This document shows positions 17,986 through 27,783 of a DNA stretch of 64,000 bases, one piece after another. The DNA is from Candidatus Dojkabacteria bacterium. Lineage in GTDB: Bacteria; Patescibacteriota; Dojkabacteria; SC72. The translations under genes were made by a program, and so were the position numbers. Location of the stretch: the NCBI GenBank assembly GCA_034002865.1, contig JAVEZR010000001.1, positions 53,247-117,246 on the forward strand, written 5' to 3'. Position 1 is the stretch's first letter; each line of letters begins with the position of its first letter. Below the pieces are notes generated by a model that did no database searches, was not told where the DNA came from, and saw only the letters and a list, made by a program, of their open reading frames with translations.

Positions 17986-19152
17986 ATGATATATTTTGAT
18001 ATGGATTTAAATAGTGCCCGGAGCAATGCTCCTGTAAATACAGCTAATGATATTCTCTCTGAGATTGTAGAGCTGCAAAACAAGCTTAGTACTTCTCCTG
18101 CACCAATAGAGCTTAAAGAAGATGTAATGAGAACCATTCAGAGATTGGAGAGAATGGCAAAATGGGGTAACTATAGCTCAGAGTTTGAGAGTGTAGATAA
18201 GTATGTAGACTGGGTAACAAGAATACCTTGGGGAGTTATCTCAGAGGATAACTTGAATATTGAGAATGCGAAAGAGCTAATGGACTCTACACACTACGGT
18301 ATGGATGTTGTAAAGAATTTGATACTAGATTACTTAGCAGTAATGCAGATACAGAAGTTAACAGGTAGGAACACTCCTCAGAGTAGTAACTCAGATATGG
18401 CTGGACTAAGGGGTTCATCTGCTAATGCTCCTGTACTTCTTTTCTTAGGCCTACAGGGTGTAGGTAAAACCTCTATTGCAAAATCCATAGCTCAGTCAAT
18501 GGGAAGGAAGTTCGCTAGAGTCTCACTTGGAGCTATTGGAGATGTAAGAACATTAAGAGGTTCACCAAGGCATGAGATTGATTCCGAGCCAGGACAGATA
18601 ATTAAGGCACTAGTTAGGACAGGTACAATGAATCCAGTAATTTTAATTGATGAGATAGAGAAAGCAAGTGGTAATGCTGGTTTACTTAATGATGTAATGG
18701 CAGCTCTACTTGAGATATTAGATTCAGAGCAGAACTCTACTTTTATAGACCACTATGTTGATCATCCTGTAGATTTATCTCAAGTATTTTTCATATGTAC
18801 AGCAAATAACCTAGGCGGGTTATCTGCAGCACTGTTAGATAGGGTGGAGATAATTAGGTTTACTAGTTACTCTGATGAAGAGAAAGGTGTAATAGCTAAG
18901 TCATATATACTACCTAAGGTTTTAAAAAATATGGGACTTACAGATCAACATATTCAAATTACACAGGAGGTATGGCCACTACTAATTAGGCCTGTTGGTT
19001 TTGATGCAGGTATAAGGCAGTTAGAAAGAAATATTGCTACATTAGCTAGAAGTGCTGCTAGACAGATAGTAGGGGGGCATCCTTTACCAATAGTTGTAAC
19101 ACCTGAGAATGTTAAAGAGTATGTACTTCCAGATCAAGGCCCTCTAAGTTAA
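17986..19152 (+). CDS. Lon-derived AAA+ ATPase lacking the protease domain and most of the N-domain
   Basis: YVDW…PW, HYGM, Walker A GLQGVGKT, NPVILIDEIEK, ALLEILDSEQN…F.DHY, TAN, ALLDR, GIRQLER. It stops before the Ser-Lys protease domain. The start may be 18001. Confidence 0.88.
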   Translation: MIYFDMDLNSARSNAPVNTANDILSEIVELQNKLSTSPAPIELKEDVMRTIQRLERMAKWGNYSSEFESVDKYVDWVTRIPWGVISEDNLNIENAKELMDSTHYGMDVVKNLILDYLAVMQIQKLTGRNTPQSSNSDMAGLRGSSANAPVLLFLGLQGVGKTSIAKSIAQSMGRKFARVSLGAIGDVRTLRGSPRHEIDSEPGQIIKALVRTGTMNPVILIDEIEKASGNAGLLNDVMAALLEILDSEQNSTFIDHYVDHPVDLSQVFFICTANNLGGLSAALLDRVEIIRFTSYSDEEKGVIAKSYILPKVLKNMGLTDQHIQITQEVWPLLIRPVGFDAGIRQLERNIATLARSAARQIVGGHPLPIVVTPENVKEYVLPDQGPLS

Positions 19153-19376
19153 TATCCCTTAAAAGGGTTTGTTAATTGTAAAGCCTTCATTACCCTTGAT
19201 AGATTCTCATCCTTTATTGCCCTGGAGATGTCAGTTTTTACTCTACTTTTTTCTTCATACTTCTCTAAAAATAGAAGATCATTATTAACCTTCTCTTGAG
19301 ATAGCTGTTTTATATCCACAGCTTCTGTTACAAGATACTTCTTTAATTCTTCGTTACTGTTTTGATTTGTCATCAT
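19149..19376 (-). CDS. Small hypothetical protein at the end of the virB4 operon
   Basis: 75-aa ORF overlapping the virB4 stop and filling the gap to the convergent gene. Confidence 0.55.
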   Translation of the reverse strand: MMTNQNSNEELKKYLVTEAVDIKQLSQEKVNNDLLFLEKYEEKSRVKTDISRAIKDENLSRVMKALQLTNPFKGY

Positions 19377-21759
19377 TCTCTATTATACCTTGTGGAGTTA
19401 TATGAGTTCTCCCTTTATTTAATTCCTCTCTCTGTTTACGTACCTGCCCCGGTATTGTGTTTTCTTCTACCATATCTACAAAGGATTTCTGAGACTCAAA
19501 CTTTTTAGGATTAAGAATCTCTTCCTGTTCCCTTAGTCTCTTTTCTAACTCCTCCTGATATTTGTTTCTCTCAGATTGAATCTTTTGTATATCTTCCTGC
19601 CTTCTCTCGACTGCTCTTTCAATTAACTCACTCTGTTTTGTAGAATCTGCAGAGATATTCTTCATAGGCTGTTGAGCTGCCGGTGGGTCATATATCTGAG
19701 CTAACTCTTGTATAGATCTTGTATCAGTCATACCTTTCTGACTCTTTCTAGCCTCTATTTCTCTTGGGTCTGAGGTAATTAGTTCATGCTCTGATTGGCT
19801 AGAGAGAACCTGTATTCCAACATGGTTAGCTCCTGCAAAGAAGAGACCTTGTCCTCTGTCACAGTTTAGTAAGAAGTTTCTTTCTCCGTCAGAGAGATTA
19901 AATACCTGTTGTAATTTTTCTACAGCAGATGGACTCTGTTTCATTAATATCTGTATTGAAGAGTTTGAGATTATTGCCCTTCCCATATCATTGTTCATAA
20001 AGTCGGCGACATCTTGTGTAATAGTTGTTAATCCTAAGTAGTACTTTCTTGCTCTTTTAGCTAAAGAGTACATAAATTTTGCAGAATCTTCTCTTTGCAT
20101 CATATACCAAGCTTCATCAACAATTAACTGTCTCCTTCTTTGATCCTTACGTATCTTTGTCCATATGAAATCTAACATTAGATACATTGAGAGAGGCTTT
20201 AGTTCTTCTTGTAGATCTCTAACACTAAATACTGTAAATGGATTATTAATTTCAAAGTTACTAGCCTCATTAAATACTCCAGCCGCACTTCCCATTATAT
20301 ATTTCTCCATTCTTTTAGAGAGCTCGTGTGCTTCTGTTTCTGCCATTCCCTTCAACACCTTATACAGATCCTCTAGAAGTGGAGCAGGGCGTTTCTGTGT
20401 TGCAGGGTCAAATGTAATACCTTTTTCTCTGTACGTTAATATCAGTGCTCTATCTAATATTGAGGTTTCTACATTTGTAAGTCCTTCAAACATTACTTTA
20501 AAGAATCCTTGCAGTGCTAGTAGTTTCATTCTTAACTCGTCATCTCCTTCCTCTGTCACCCCTGAGAGTTCAAATGGATTCATCTTATGACCTTTGTCTT
20601 GTGAGAAAGAAATGTATGCTCCATTAACTGCTTTTGAGAGATCTTCATACTCTCGCTCTGGATCAATAATTATTATATGTGTACCAAGCATTAAGCTTCT
20701 TACGGCTTCTAATTTTACAAAGTAACTTTTACCTGCACCTGACTTAGCAAAGACAACGGCATTTGCATTCTCTAATTCAAATCTGTCAAATATTACTAAG
20801 CTCTTGTTATGCATATTAATCCCGTACATAATTCCATGGTCCATTGTTAACTCTGATGTTACAAATGGGAATGTTGTAGCAAGAGAGGTAGTATCCATAT
20901 TCCTAGTAATGTACAGTTTGTCCAATCCTAATGGCTGAGTGCTGATAAAGGCAGGCTCTTGTTGAAGTGTTGCAGGTTTTGCTATTACATTCATAGCAGC
21001 AAGCGTAGAGGTAACATTCCTAGAGTATTTCTCAAGTAAATCTTTTGAAGGTCCATATATTGTTACGTACATAGCAAAGTGGAAGAACTTCTCAGTACCC
21101 TCTGCTATGGAGTCTTGTAGCTGTTGAGCATCAGAGAGAGCTACCTTTAAAGATGGGTCTACAACTTTCCTATCTTCCATCTGGGAGTAAAGGGTAGCTT
21201 CCATCTCACCTATCTTTTTCTTAAGTTTCTCTAATATGATTTTAGAATCTACAGGGTAGTAAAAGGTACTTATTCTAAGTGAGTGCTCAAAGTTGATAAT
21301 GGGGGAGAGCCAATTAGGTCCTACAAATCTGGGATATCCACTAACAAAAAAGGTTCTAGAGTAGTAATCACCCATTTGTAATGTATTAAAATCTACCTCT
21401 ACATCTATTGGAGCAATGATATCTTGAGTACTTAAGCCTTCGAATTTACCAACAGGAGCTTCAGCTTTTATTTCAACCTTTGGAGGTTTTATACCTATGG
21501 TTGTTTTAAAGTTATCGATTATTTTTGCAAAAGGACTCCTTTTATCCTCTTCCTTAGTATCATTAAATCTATCTTTTTTATCTACTTGCTCTTTAGATGT
21601 TTTAATATTCTCTAAATCTTTTCTTAGATCACCTTGAAAAGAAGCATATTTGTTCTCGGTAAGCTTGTTTTTACGCTCATCGAGCATCTGCATAGTCTTC
21701 GATGTTAAGTTGTTTTTACTATCTTTGTTATTCATCCTCTCCTTTTGGTAATTCTTCAT
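19354..21759 (-). CDS. virB4: VirB4/TraC-like type IV secretion ATPase
   Basis: RNMDTTSLATTFPF, YGIN, Walker A AKSGAGKS, IIDPEREY, Walker B IVDEAW, RARKY…TQ, G.GLF; charged N- and C-terminal extensions. Confidence 0.9.
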   Translation of the reverse strand: MKNYQKERMNNKDSKNNLTSKTMQMLDERKNKLTENKYASFQGDLRKDLENIKTSKEQVDKKDRFNDTKEEDKRSPFAKIIDNFKTTIGIKPPKVEIKAEAPVGKFEGLSTQDIIAPIDVEVDFNTLQMGDYYSRTFFVSGYPRFVGPNWLSPIINFEHSLRISTFYYPVDSKIILEKLKKKIGEMEATLYSQMEDRKVVDPSLKVALSDAQQLQDSIAEGTEKFFHFAMYVTIYGPSKDLLEKYSRNVTSTLAAMNVIAKPATLQQEPAFISTQPLGLDKLYITRNMDTTSLATTFPFVTSELTMDHGIMYGINMHNKSLVIFDRFELENANAVVFAKSGAGKSYFVKLEAVRSLMLGTHIIIIDPEREYEDLSKAVNGAYISFSQDKGHKMNPFELSGVTEEGDDELRMKLLALQGFFKVMFEGLTNVETSILDRALILTYREKGITFDPATQKRPAPLLEDLYKVLKGMAETEAHELSKRMEKYIMGSAAGVFNEASNFEINNPFTVFSVRDLQEELKPLSMYLMLDFIWTKIRKDQRRRQLIVDEAWYMMQREDSAKFMYSLAKRARKYYLGLTTITQDVADFMNNDMGRAIISNSSIQILMKQSPSAVEKLQQVFNLSDGERNFLLNCDRGQGLFFAGANHVGIQVLSSQSEHELITSDPREIEARKSQKGMTDTRSIQELAQIYDPPAAQQPMKNISADSTKQSELIERAVERRQEDIQKIQSERNKYQEELEKRLREQEEILNPKKFESQKSFVDMVEENTIPGQVRKQREELNKGRTHITPQGIIENDDKSKQ

Positions 21760-22384
21760 CTGGGTTATATATTGTATAAAACTCTGTTATTAACTCTTTA
21801 TTTGTAAGTTGATGTCCAAAGAGTCCCATTCTTCCTAACTGCTTTAGTAGATGATCTCTTTTTGGATAGAGGAAGATTTTAGATTTTTCTAGTAGTTGAT
21901 CCTGTTTCATTGCTAAGCTTCTCTCTATTTCTTCTCTTGTTTGTTTCGATTTTAAAAGAGATGAACCGGGAATCTCACCTGCAGGATTAAAGGGAATTAC
22001 TATTAAGAATGTTTTATCTAATACATCATTTTGAACTATTAAGTTCTGTATAAACTCGGTATATATATTTAACTGTCTTTTTAAACCCTCAGACATGGCT
22101 TCATTCTCCTGCTCTTCAAGGTAATCCACATAGTTAGAGATATCTATTCTCCTTGTTCTAATTAATATTTGGATATGGAAATTAAGGGAGTTTAGTAGTC
22201 CTGCAAAAGCATATATCTTACTATCCTGCTCATACTCTGCTAGTAAGTCAAAGTTAATAGCGGAGGTTTGAAGTACAAGAGCTACAGTACCAGTTTTTGT
22301 AATAACTAAATCATCAACTATCTCTCTTACTTCGAGATGATCCTGTGTAGATGAAGTTGTTCTTGCTCTTGCATTTATATCCAT
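21728..22384 (-). CDS. TraC/TcpE-like VirB4-associated protein
   Basis: STQDHL…INFDLL…EQD…F..LLNSL.F.IQI motifs; located between prgI and virB4. Confidence 0.7.
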   Translation of the reverse strand: MDINARARTTSSTQDHLEVREIVDDLVITKTGTVALVLQTSAINFDLLAEYEQDSKIYAFAGLLNSLNFHIQILIRTRRIDISNYVDYLEEQENEAMSEGLKRQLNIYTEFIQNLIVQNDVLDKTFLIVIPFNPAGEIPGSSLLKSKQTREEIERSLAMKQDQLLEKSKIFLYPKRDHLLKQLGRMGLFGHQLTNKELITEFYTIYNPDEELPKGEDE

Positions 22385-23220
22385 TACTTCAGTGTTATCT
22401 TCAAAGGTAATTTACTCTGATTAGATGATACAACTATTCTTAACTTTGGTGCTCCTGAGATTGGGCCTTCAAACTCTACTGTATATATTCCTTCTGGATA
22501 TATTTTATTAGTTAAGAAGTATCCATTAGGGCCAGTCTTATTAGCATACAGGATCTTACCATTAGAATCCTTAAGAAAGGCATTTATACCAGAGAGAGGT
22601 TGACTGTCTTTAGTACATAGCCAGATATTAATATTACCAGGTAGTTGATCTACACTTTTTATTGGAAATTGGAAGTTAGAGATATTTTCCTCTGAAATAG
22701 TGAGATACTCCTCTGTAGGAGTAATTACCTCTTCTGTTTCTTGCACTACCTGTGGTGTAGTCATAACTTCCTGTGTACTATCTCCTGCTAAGATATCATC
22801 TCCTGGATTCTCTTCAAAGATGTCTACCCTCTGTTTTTGTGTAATATCTGAAGCTCCTATTACCTTCTTCTTGCTTTCATCTACAGCATTAACCTGAGGT
22901 TTAATCCTTTGCTCTTTCATAGTTTGGTTTAACCATACTCTCTGTGTAGGCTTATTTATTGCAGAGAAGAAATTTATAATGGCTTTATCTGCAGGTAAAT
23001 CATTTATTGGTACAAGTGCTAAGAAAGCCCCTATACCTGAGAGTATTGCAAAGAGAGGTATACCAACAATGCCAGGTATATCTCCTCCGATAGAGAAGTA
23101 GAGGAAGATAGAGCCTGTACCTATACCTAAGGCTAAATATGCGAACTCTTTTAATGTAAACCTTGTGAAGAGTTTAAACTCGATATCTAATACATTTTGT
23201 GGAATAGGATGTTGTCTCAT
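22384..23220 (-). CDS. prgI: PrgI family (VirB3-like) protein with a C-terminal beta-sandwich extension
   Basis: QHPIPQNV…EFKL…FTLKEF followed by two TMs; C-terminal 'KTGPNGYF…GIYTV' (CarboxypepD_reg/prealbumin-like). Confidence 0.82.
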   Translation of the reverse strand: MRQHPIPQNVLDIEFKLFTRFTLKEFAYLALGIGTGSIFLYFSIGGDIPGIVGIPLFAILSGIGAFLALVPINDLPADKAIINFFSAINKPTQRVWLNQTMKEQRIKPQVNAVDESKKKVIGASDITQKQRVDIFEENPGDDILAGDSTQEVMTTPQVVQETEEVITPTEEYLTISEENISNFQFPIKSVDQLPGNINIWLCTKDSQPLSGINAFLKDSNGKILYANKTGPNGYFLTNKIYPEGIYTVEFEGPISGAPKLRIVVSSNQSKLPLKITLK

Positions 23221-23289
23221 TATTCAGGAATAGTTTACCAGAATTATCAATAATAGTGGAGGGTAATACTTCTTAAAAGATGTTGTACC

Positions 23290-23306
23290 TGCTATCATAT
23301 CCTGTA
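23290..23306 (+). promoter_or_regulatory. Extended -10 promoter, leaderless or near-leaderless
   Basis: TGcTATCAT then 8 nt then ATG (23307). Confidence 0.5.
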
Positions 23307-24107
23307 ATGTACAGAAAAGAGCTAAAAGAAATAATAGAGGAGTTAGTACTGTTTAAATCTAATATGGGGCTAAAACTCTCTATTAAAAAGCTTCAATATA
23401 TATGGGGTAAGGGAATTATAAAGGGGCTAGATGAGAGTATATTAAATACTCTGGAAAGAGGAACAAAAGAAGAGAGTTCTAATATTACACAGAAGAAAAT
23501 AGAGATTGCAAATGAAAGAGTAAAATCTTTATTGGTATCTAACTGGGTTAGATTTGTAGGTATATCTGGTTCTGTAGCTGCAGGCTTTACTAAAGAGGAT
23601 GATGATATAGATTTATTTATCGTTGTTAGAGATGGTAGCGCATGGATATATAGGGGGATATTAACAGTAAGAAATATATTTAATCATATAGCTAGGACAA
23701 GTAGAGATGGGAATACTGTTAAGGATCTGTTCTGTATAAATTTCATAGTTGAAGAGAGAGGCTTAGAGCTTGAATCTGATATATTTAATTTCCATGAGCT
23801 TATGTATCTTATACCTCTTTACAATGAGAGATATCTTAATCATATTTACAGAAAGAATAGATGGTTACTTACTAAGTATTTCATCAACAAAGAATTAGTA
23901 GTAAGTAGGGAGAGAGAGCTTAAGAGAGTAAATATCTTCTTAAGAATTATTAATTGGCTTGCATATATAGCCCAAATCCTCTTTATGATACTTTCAGGTC
24001 ATAGGCCAGAGATAGATAGGTTACTTAGTAATTATAAAGAGGGTAGGATAGAGTTCTTTCCTAAGGAGTATAAAAGCGAGGTAATGAAAAGTGTGATTAA
24101 GAAATAG
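23307..24107 (+). CDS. Pol-beta superfamily nucleotidyltransferase-domain protein
   Basis: GISGSVA…DDDIDLFIV motif and CINF; start moved to the internal ATG after the extended -10. Confidence 0.75.
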   Translation: MYRKELKEIIEELVLFKSNMGLKLSIKKLQYIWGKGIIKGLDESILNTLERGTKEESSNITQKKIEIANERVKSLLVSNWVRFVGISGSVAAGFTKEDDDIDLFIVVRDGSAWIYRGILTVRNIFNHIARTSRDGNTVKDLFCINFIVEERGLELESDIFNFHELMYLIPLYNERYLNHIYRKNRWLLTKYFINKELVVSRERELKRVNIFLRIINWLAYIAQILFMILSGHRPEIDRLLSNYKEGRIEFFPKEYKSEVMKSVIKK

Positions 24108-24110
24108 AGA

Positions 24111-25190
24111 TTATATCTCTCCGTTTAAATGTATTAGCTGTGCATCTTTTAATATGCTCTTCGGTAATGTTTTATAATCTATTACAGTAATAAATGTTTG
24201 TTGTCTATCAAGAAACTTTTTCTCAAAGATTCTCTTTGTATTTGATATATCTAACTCTGATGCAATATCATCTAACAAGAGGATAGGGTAGAAGCCTGTT
24301 TTGTTATTTACAATCTCTTGTGTATGGAATATGAGTTTCCCTATTGCTAATCTTTTTTCACCTCTTGATCCAAACTTTCTAATATCCATACCTAAAGATA
24401 TCTCCCAATCATCTCTATGTGGCCCTATGTTTGTATACCCAGTAGCTATGTCCTTCCTTTTACTATTTTCTAAATCTTGTAGTAAGATTTCGTTTAAATA
24501 CTCTTTGTTATTTAATTTTCTTCTATCAAATAGAAAGCCGGTATTGTACTTAATCTCATATCCATCTTTAGATAGCTCTCTTGCTAGCTGTATTCTGTTT
24601 TGTAAGATTGGAATAGAGTGTAGTACTATCTGATTGCTCCAGAAGTTTAGTTGAGGGTCATTTATTGCTAAGACACCTTTCTCGTAGAATAGCTTTGCTA
24701 ATCTTTTTAAGTATGCATTTCTCTGTCTTAATACCTTCTTGAAATTCTTTAAGTCATATTCATACTCATAGTTATATTTCTGGATTGTATCATCTAAGAA
24801 ATCTCTTCTTTGTGATGATGAAATCATTAGTAGCTCTATCTTCTCTGGATTAAATATAGTTGCACATCTATCCTGAAAGAAGGATTTGCTTCTTACACTT
24901 TTACCATCTACCTTGAATATTTTCTTCCCTATATCCTTAAAATATACATAGCTTTTCTCATCCTTTACAATCTCTATTCTAGTATGTGAACCTATTTCCG
25001 TTTGCTCTGTATTAACAAATTCATCTGTAGATGCCCATGGTGATTTACCATTGCTGATGATATATAAAGCTTCTAGTACAGAGCTTTTACCTTGAGCGTT
25101 ATGTCCGTAAAATACTGTAATATTGGTATTGAATTTAAAGTTCTTTTCTTTAAATTTTCTGAAGTTTTTTACTACTAATTCCTCTATCAT
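24111..25190 (-). CDS. recF: DNA replication/repair protein RecF
   Basis: NFR, GHNAQGKS, RRDFLD, QRNAYL, GPHRDD, SRGE, ILLLDDIASELD. Confidence 0.95.
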   Translation of the reverse strand: MIEELVVKNFRKFKEKNFKFNTNITVFYGHNAQGKSSVLEALYIISNGKSPWASTDEFVNTEQTEIGSHTRIEIVKDEKSYVYFKDIGKKIFKVDGKSVRSKSFFQDRCATIFNPEKIELLMISSSQRRDFLDDTIQKYNYEYEYDLKNFKKVLRQRNAYLKRLAKLFYEKGVLAINDPQLNFWSNQIVLHSIPILQNRIQLARELSKDGYEIKYNTGFLFDRRKLNNKEYLNEILLQDLENSKRKDIATGYTNIGPHRDDWEISLGMDIRKFGSRGEKRLAIGKLIFHTQEIVNNKTGFYPILLLDDIASELDISNTKRIFEKKFLDRQQTFITVIDYKTLPKSILKDAQLIHLNGEI

Positions 25191-27013
25191 TATGTCTTAA
25201 GGATACTTAAAAATGCCTCTTGTGGGATATTAACTTGACCTACCATCTTTAACCTCTTCTTACCTTTCTTCTGTTTCTCTAAGAGTTTTAATCGTCTAGT
25301 GTAATCACCTCCGTACAGTTTAGCAGTTACATCTTTTCTAAATGCTTTTACATCCTCTCTTGCAATTATCTTAGCCCCTATGGCAGCTTGAAGCGGTATA
25401 GGGAACTGTTGTCTAGGTATTTCATTTTTCATCACTTCTAGAAGCTTAGAGGCTTTAGATTGTGCTAACTCTCTTGTTTCTAAGAAGCTTAGCGCTGGTA
25501 TTTCTTCATGATTAACAAGTACAGCTACTTTTACTAAATCTACAGGGAAGAAATCTATCAATTCATACTCCATAGAGGCATATCCACTAGATTTGTTTTT
25601 AAGTTGATCAAAGAAATTAGAAACTAAACTTGCTAATGGCATATCATACTCTAAAACTATATATTGATCCTTTAGCTGTATACTCCCTGATTTCGCTGTT
25701 ATATATTCTGTATTAACATATTGGCCTCTTTTGGTTTGGCATAGCTCCATTAGTACTCCCATATATCTATCTGGAGTCATTAGTTTTAATCTTACCCACG
25801 GTTCTAATATCTCTGATATTTCAGATGGATCTGGTAACTCCTGTGGTGTTTGTATTGTTATCTTCTCTCCTGTTATCTTTGTAATCTCATACTCTACAGT
25901 AGGTGCTGTTATTATTAACTCTACATCATGCTCTCTTTCTAATCTTTCTTGGATAATTTCCATATGTAGTAGCCCAAGGAAGCCACACCTGAATCCAGAG
26001 CCTAAGAGATTAGATCTTTGGTCTGTAAATGTTAATGAAGCATCATTCATACTTAATTTGTTTAACCCTATCTTAAGAGGTTGATAGTCATCTGACGTAA
26101 CGGGAAAGAATGTAGCAAAGACATTTGGTTTAGGAGTTCTGTATCCTTCTAGAGCTTCAGTCTTAGGGCTATCTGAGATTGTATCTCCTACTGTAAAGAA
26201 ACTTATATCTTTAAATCCGGTGGCTATATATCCTACCTCTCCTGTATCTAAATGTTCTGTTTCTTCCAAATCTGGAGTAAATATTCCCACCTCTGTTGGT
26301 TTAAATACCTCTTTCTTTTGTAGTATGTATAGGTCTGTTGATTTGCCAGGTGTATATACTATCTTTCCATCAAAAACTCTAACAGCGACAACTACACCCC
26401 TATGTTCATCGTAGAAAGAATCGAAGATTAAACTTTTTAAAGGAGAGTTTATATCACCCTGTGGAGCAGGGCATTTCTCAACTATCCTATCAAGGAGTAA
26501 TTCTACACCCTCTCCTGTTTTCCCAGATACTTTTATTATCTCCTCTTTTCTAAATCCTAGGAGATTTTCTAATTCCTGTTCTCTAGCAGCAATATCTATA
26601 TTTGGTAAATCTATTTTATTTATTACAGGGATTAGTGTTAGTCCTAAATCTAGCGCCTTCTGTGTATTAGAGATTGTCTGTGCTTGTACTCCTTGTGATG
26701 CATCTACAAGAAGTATTGCAGCCTCACATGCAGCTAGAGACCTTGAGACTTCATATGAGAAGTCTACATGTCCTGGTGTATCTATTAGATTGAGTTGGTG
26801 TTCTTTCCATATCATTCTACACGCCTGTAGCTTTATAGTGATGCCTTTCTCTTGCTCTAAGTCTAATCGATCTAATACTCTAGAATCTCTCTTATCCCTA
26901 GAGATATCTATATGAGCAGCTTCAAGCATTCGATCTGCTAATGTAGATTTCCCATGATCTATGTGAGCTATTATGGAAAAGTTTCTAATTTTGTTTAAAG
27001 CTGTGTTACCCAT
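25190..27013 (-). CDS. lepA: Elongation factor 4 (LepA)
   Basis: IRNFSIIAHIDHGKSTLADR, DTPGHVDF, GFRCGFLGLLH, KLLEKQKKGK. Confidence 0.98.
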   Translation of the reverse strand: MGNTALNKIRNFSIIAHIDHGKSTLADRMLEAAHIDISRDKRDSRVLDRLDLEQEKGITIKLQACRMIWKEHQLNLIDTPGHVDFSYEVSRSLAACEAAILLVDASQGVQAQTISNTQKALDLGLTLIPVINKIDLPNIDIAAREQELENLLGFRKEEIIKVSGKTGEGVELLLDRIVEKCPAPQGDINSPLKSLIFDSFYDEHRGVVVAVRVFDGKIVYTPGKSTDLYILQKKEVFKPTEVGIFTPDLEETEHLDTGEVGYIATGFKDISFFTVGDTISDSPKTEALEGYRTPKPNVFATFFPVTSDDYQPLKIGLNKLSMNDASLTFTDQRSNLLGSGFRCGFLGLLHMEIIQERLEREHDVELIITAPTVEYEITKITGEKITIQTPQELPDPSEISEILEPWVRLKLMTPDRYMGVLMELCQTKRGQYVNTEYITAKSGSIQLKDQYIVLEYDMPLASLVSNFFDQLKNKSSGYASMEYELIDFFPVDLVKVAVLVNHEEIPALSFLETRELAQSKASKLLEVMKNEIPRQQFPIPLQAAIGAKIIAREDVKAFRKDVTAKLYGGDYTRRLKLLEKQKKGKKRLKMVGQVNIPQEAFLSILKT

Positions 27014-27054
27014 ATATCAGGGTATTATATCGAGAATATTGTTATATTAAAAGG

Positions 27055-27078
27055 AAAGAGAGTGTATATGCTCTCTTT
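27055..27078 (-). terminator. Intrinsic terminator
   Basis: Minus strand AAAGAGAG-catataca-CTCTCTTT followed by ccTTTT, downstream of the PsbP-like gene. Confidence 0.65.
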
Positions 27079-27103
27079 AACGTATTTTAGATATCTACGT
27101 TTG

Positions 27104-27760
27104 TCAATCTAAAAAAGTAATTGACTCTATGATGTGCCAATATCCTAATTCTGCTAAACCTCTAAATCTTATATCTAGGATATTATCTTTATGTTCTACA
27201 ACATACCCGCTACTTAAGAATGCTACATTCCCAGGTATATACATGTAGGCATCCTTCCCTGATATTAATATCTCAGTGTAGTTTAAGGAGGCATTCATTA
27301 GAGGATCTTCATTCTCAATATCCTCTTGGAGAGTTTTAACATACTCTAAGGTTTTTGTACTATTTGTGCCTGGTACGATCCAAAGATATGCTTGTCTTTC
27401 TGTACCCTCTTTCTCATTCATTGCGTGAGCTATTATTGAATCATTATCACTTATCTCGACTTCCCAATCGGACGGATATTTAAAGGAAATTCCATATTTA
27501 GTATTTGTATATACTTGCCAATCTGCATATTCATCAATTTTGTTATCATCGGATGCAGTTTCCTCTTCCTCTACTGTTTGTACTTCCTTACCAAGTAATT
27601 CATCAATGTATTTTTGACCATCCAAAAACAGGTACGTAAGAGTAAGGCCCCCAATAATGAAAATTATTAGAAGAAGGACAAGAGCAAGAGAATTCTTCTT
27701 TGGAGATTTTTCCTCTATTACAGGTATCTCTTGTGGTGTGTTCATTCCTGCAGTATCCAT
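27104..27760 (-). CDS. Membrane-anchored PsbP-like (DcrB-related) protein
   Basis: N-terminal TM; WQVYTNTKYGISFKYPSDW…IIESITF pattern. Confidence 0.7.
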   Translation of the reverse strand: MDTAGMNTPQEIPVIEEKSPKKNSLALVLLLIIFIIGGLTLTYLFLDGQKYIDELLGKEVQTVEEEETASDDNKIDEYADWQVYTNTKYGISFKYPSDWEVEISDNDSIIAHAMNEKEGTERQAYLWIVPGTNSTKTLEYVKTLQEDIENEDPLMNASLNYTEILISGKDAYMYIPGNVAFLSSGYVVEHKDNILDIRFRGLAELGYWHIIESITFLD

Positions 27761-27783
27761 ATTAAGTATGTTCTTTAAATTAA

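Noticed and set aside
17986-19152. lon pseudogene caused by a frameshift
   Set aside because: ATPase motifs are intact, the stop is clean, and the downstream DNA is occupied by a convergent gene rather than protease remnants
19149-23220. Integrative conjugative element or mobile element
   Set aside because: No integrase, relaxase, coupling protein, tRNA target or flanking direct repeats; the flanks are housekeeping genes
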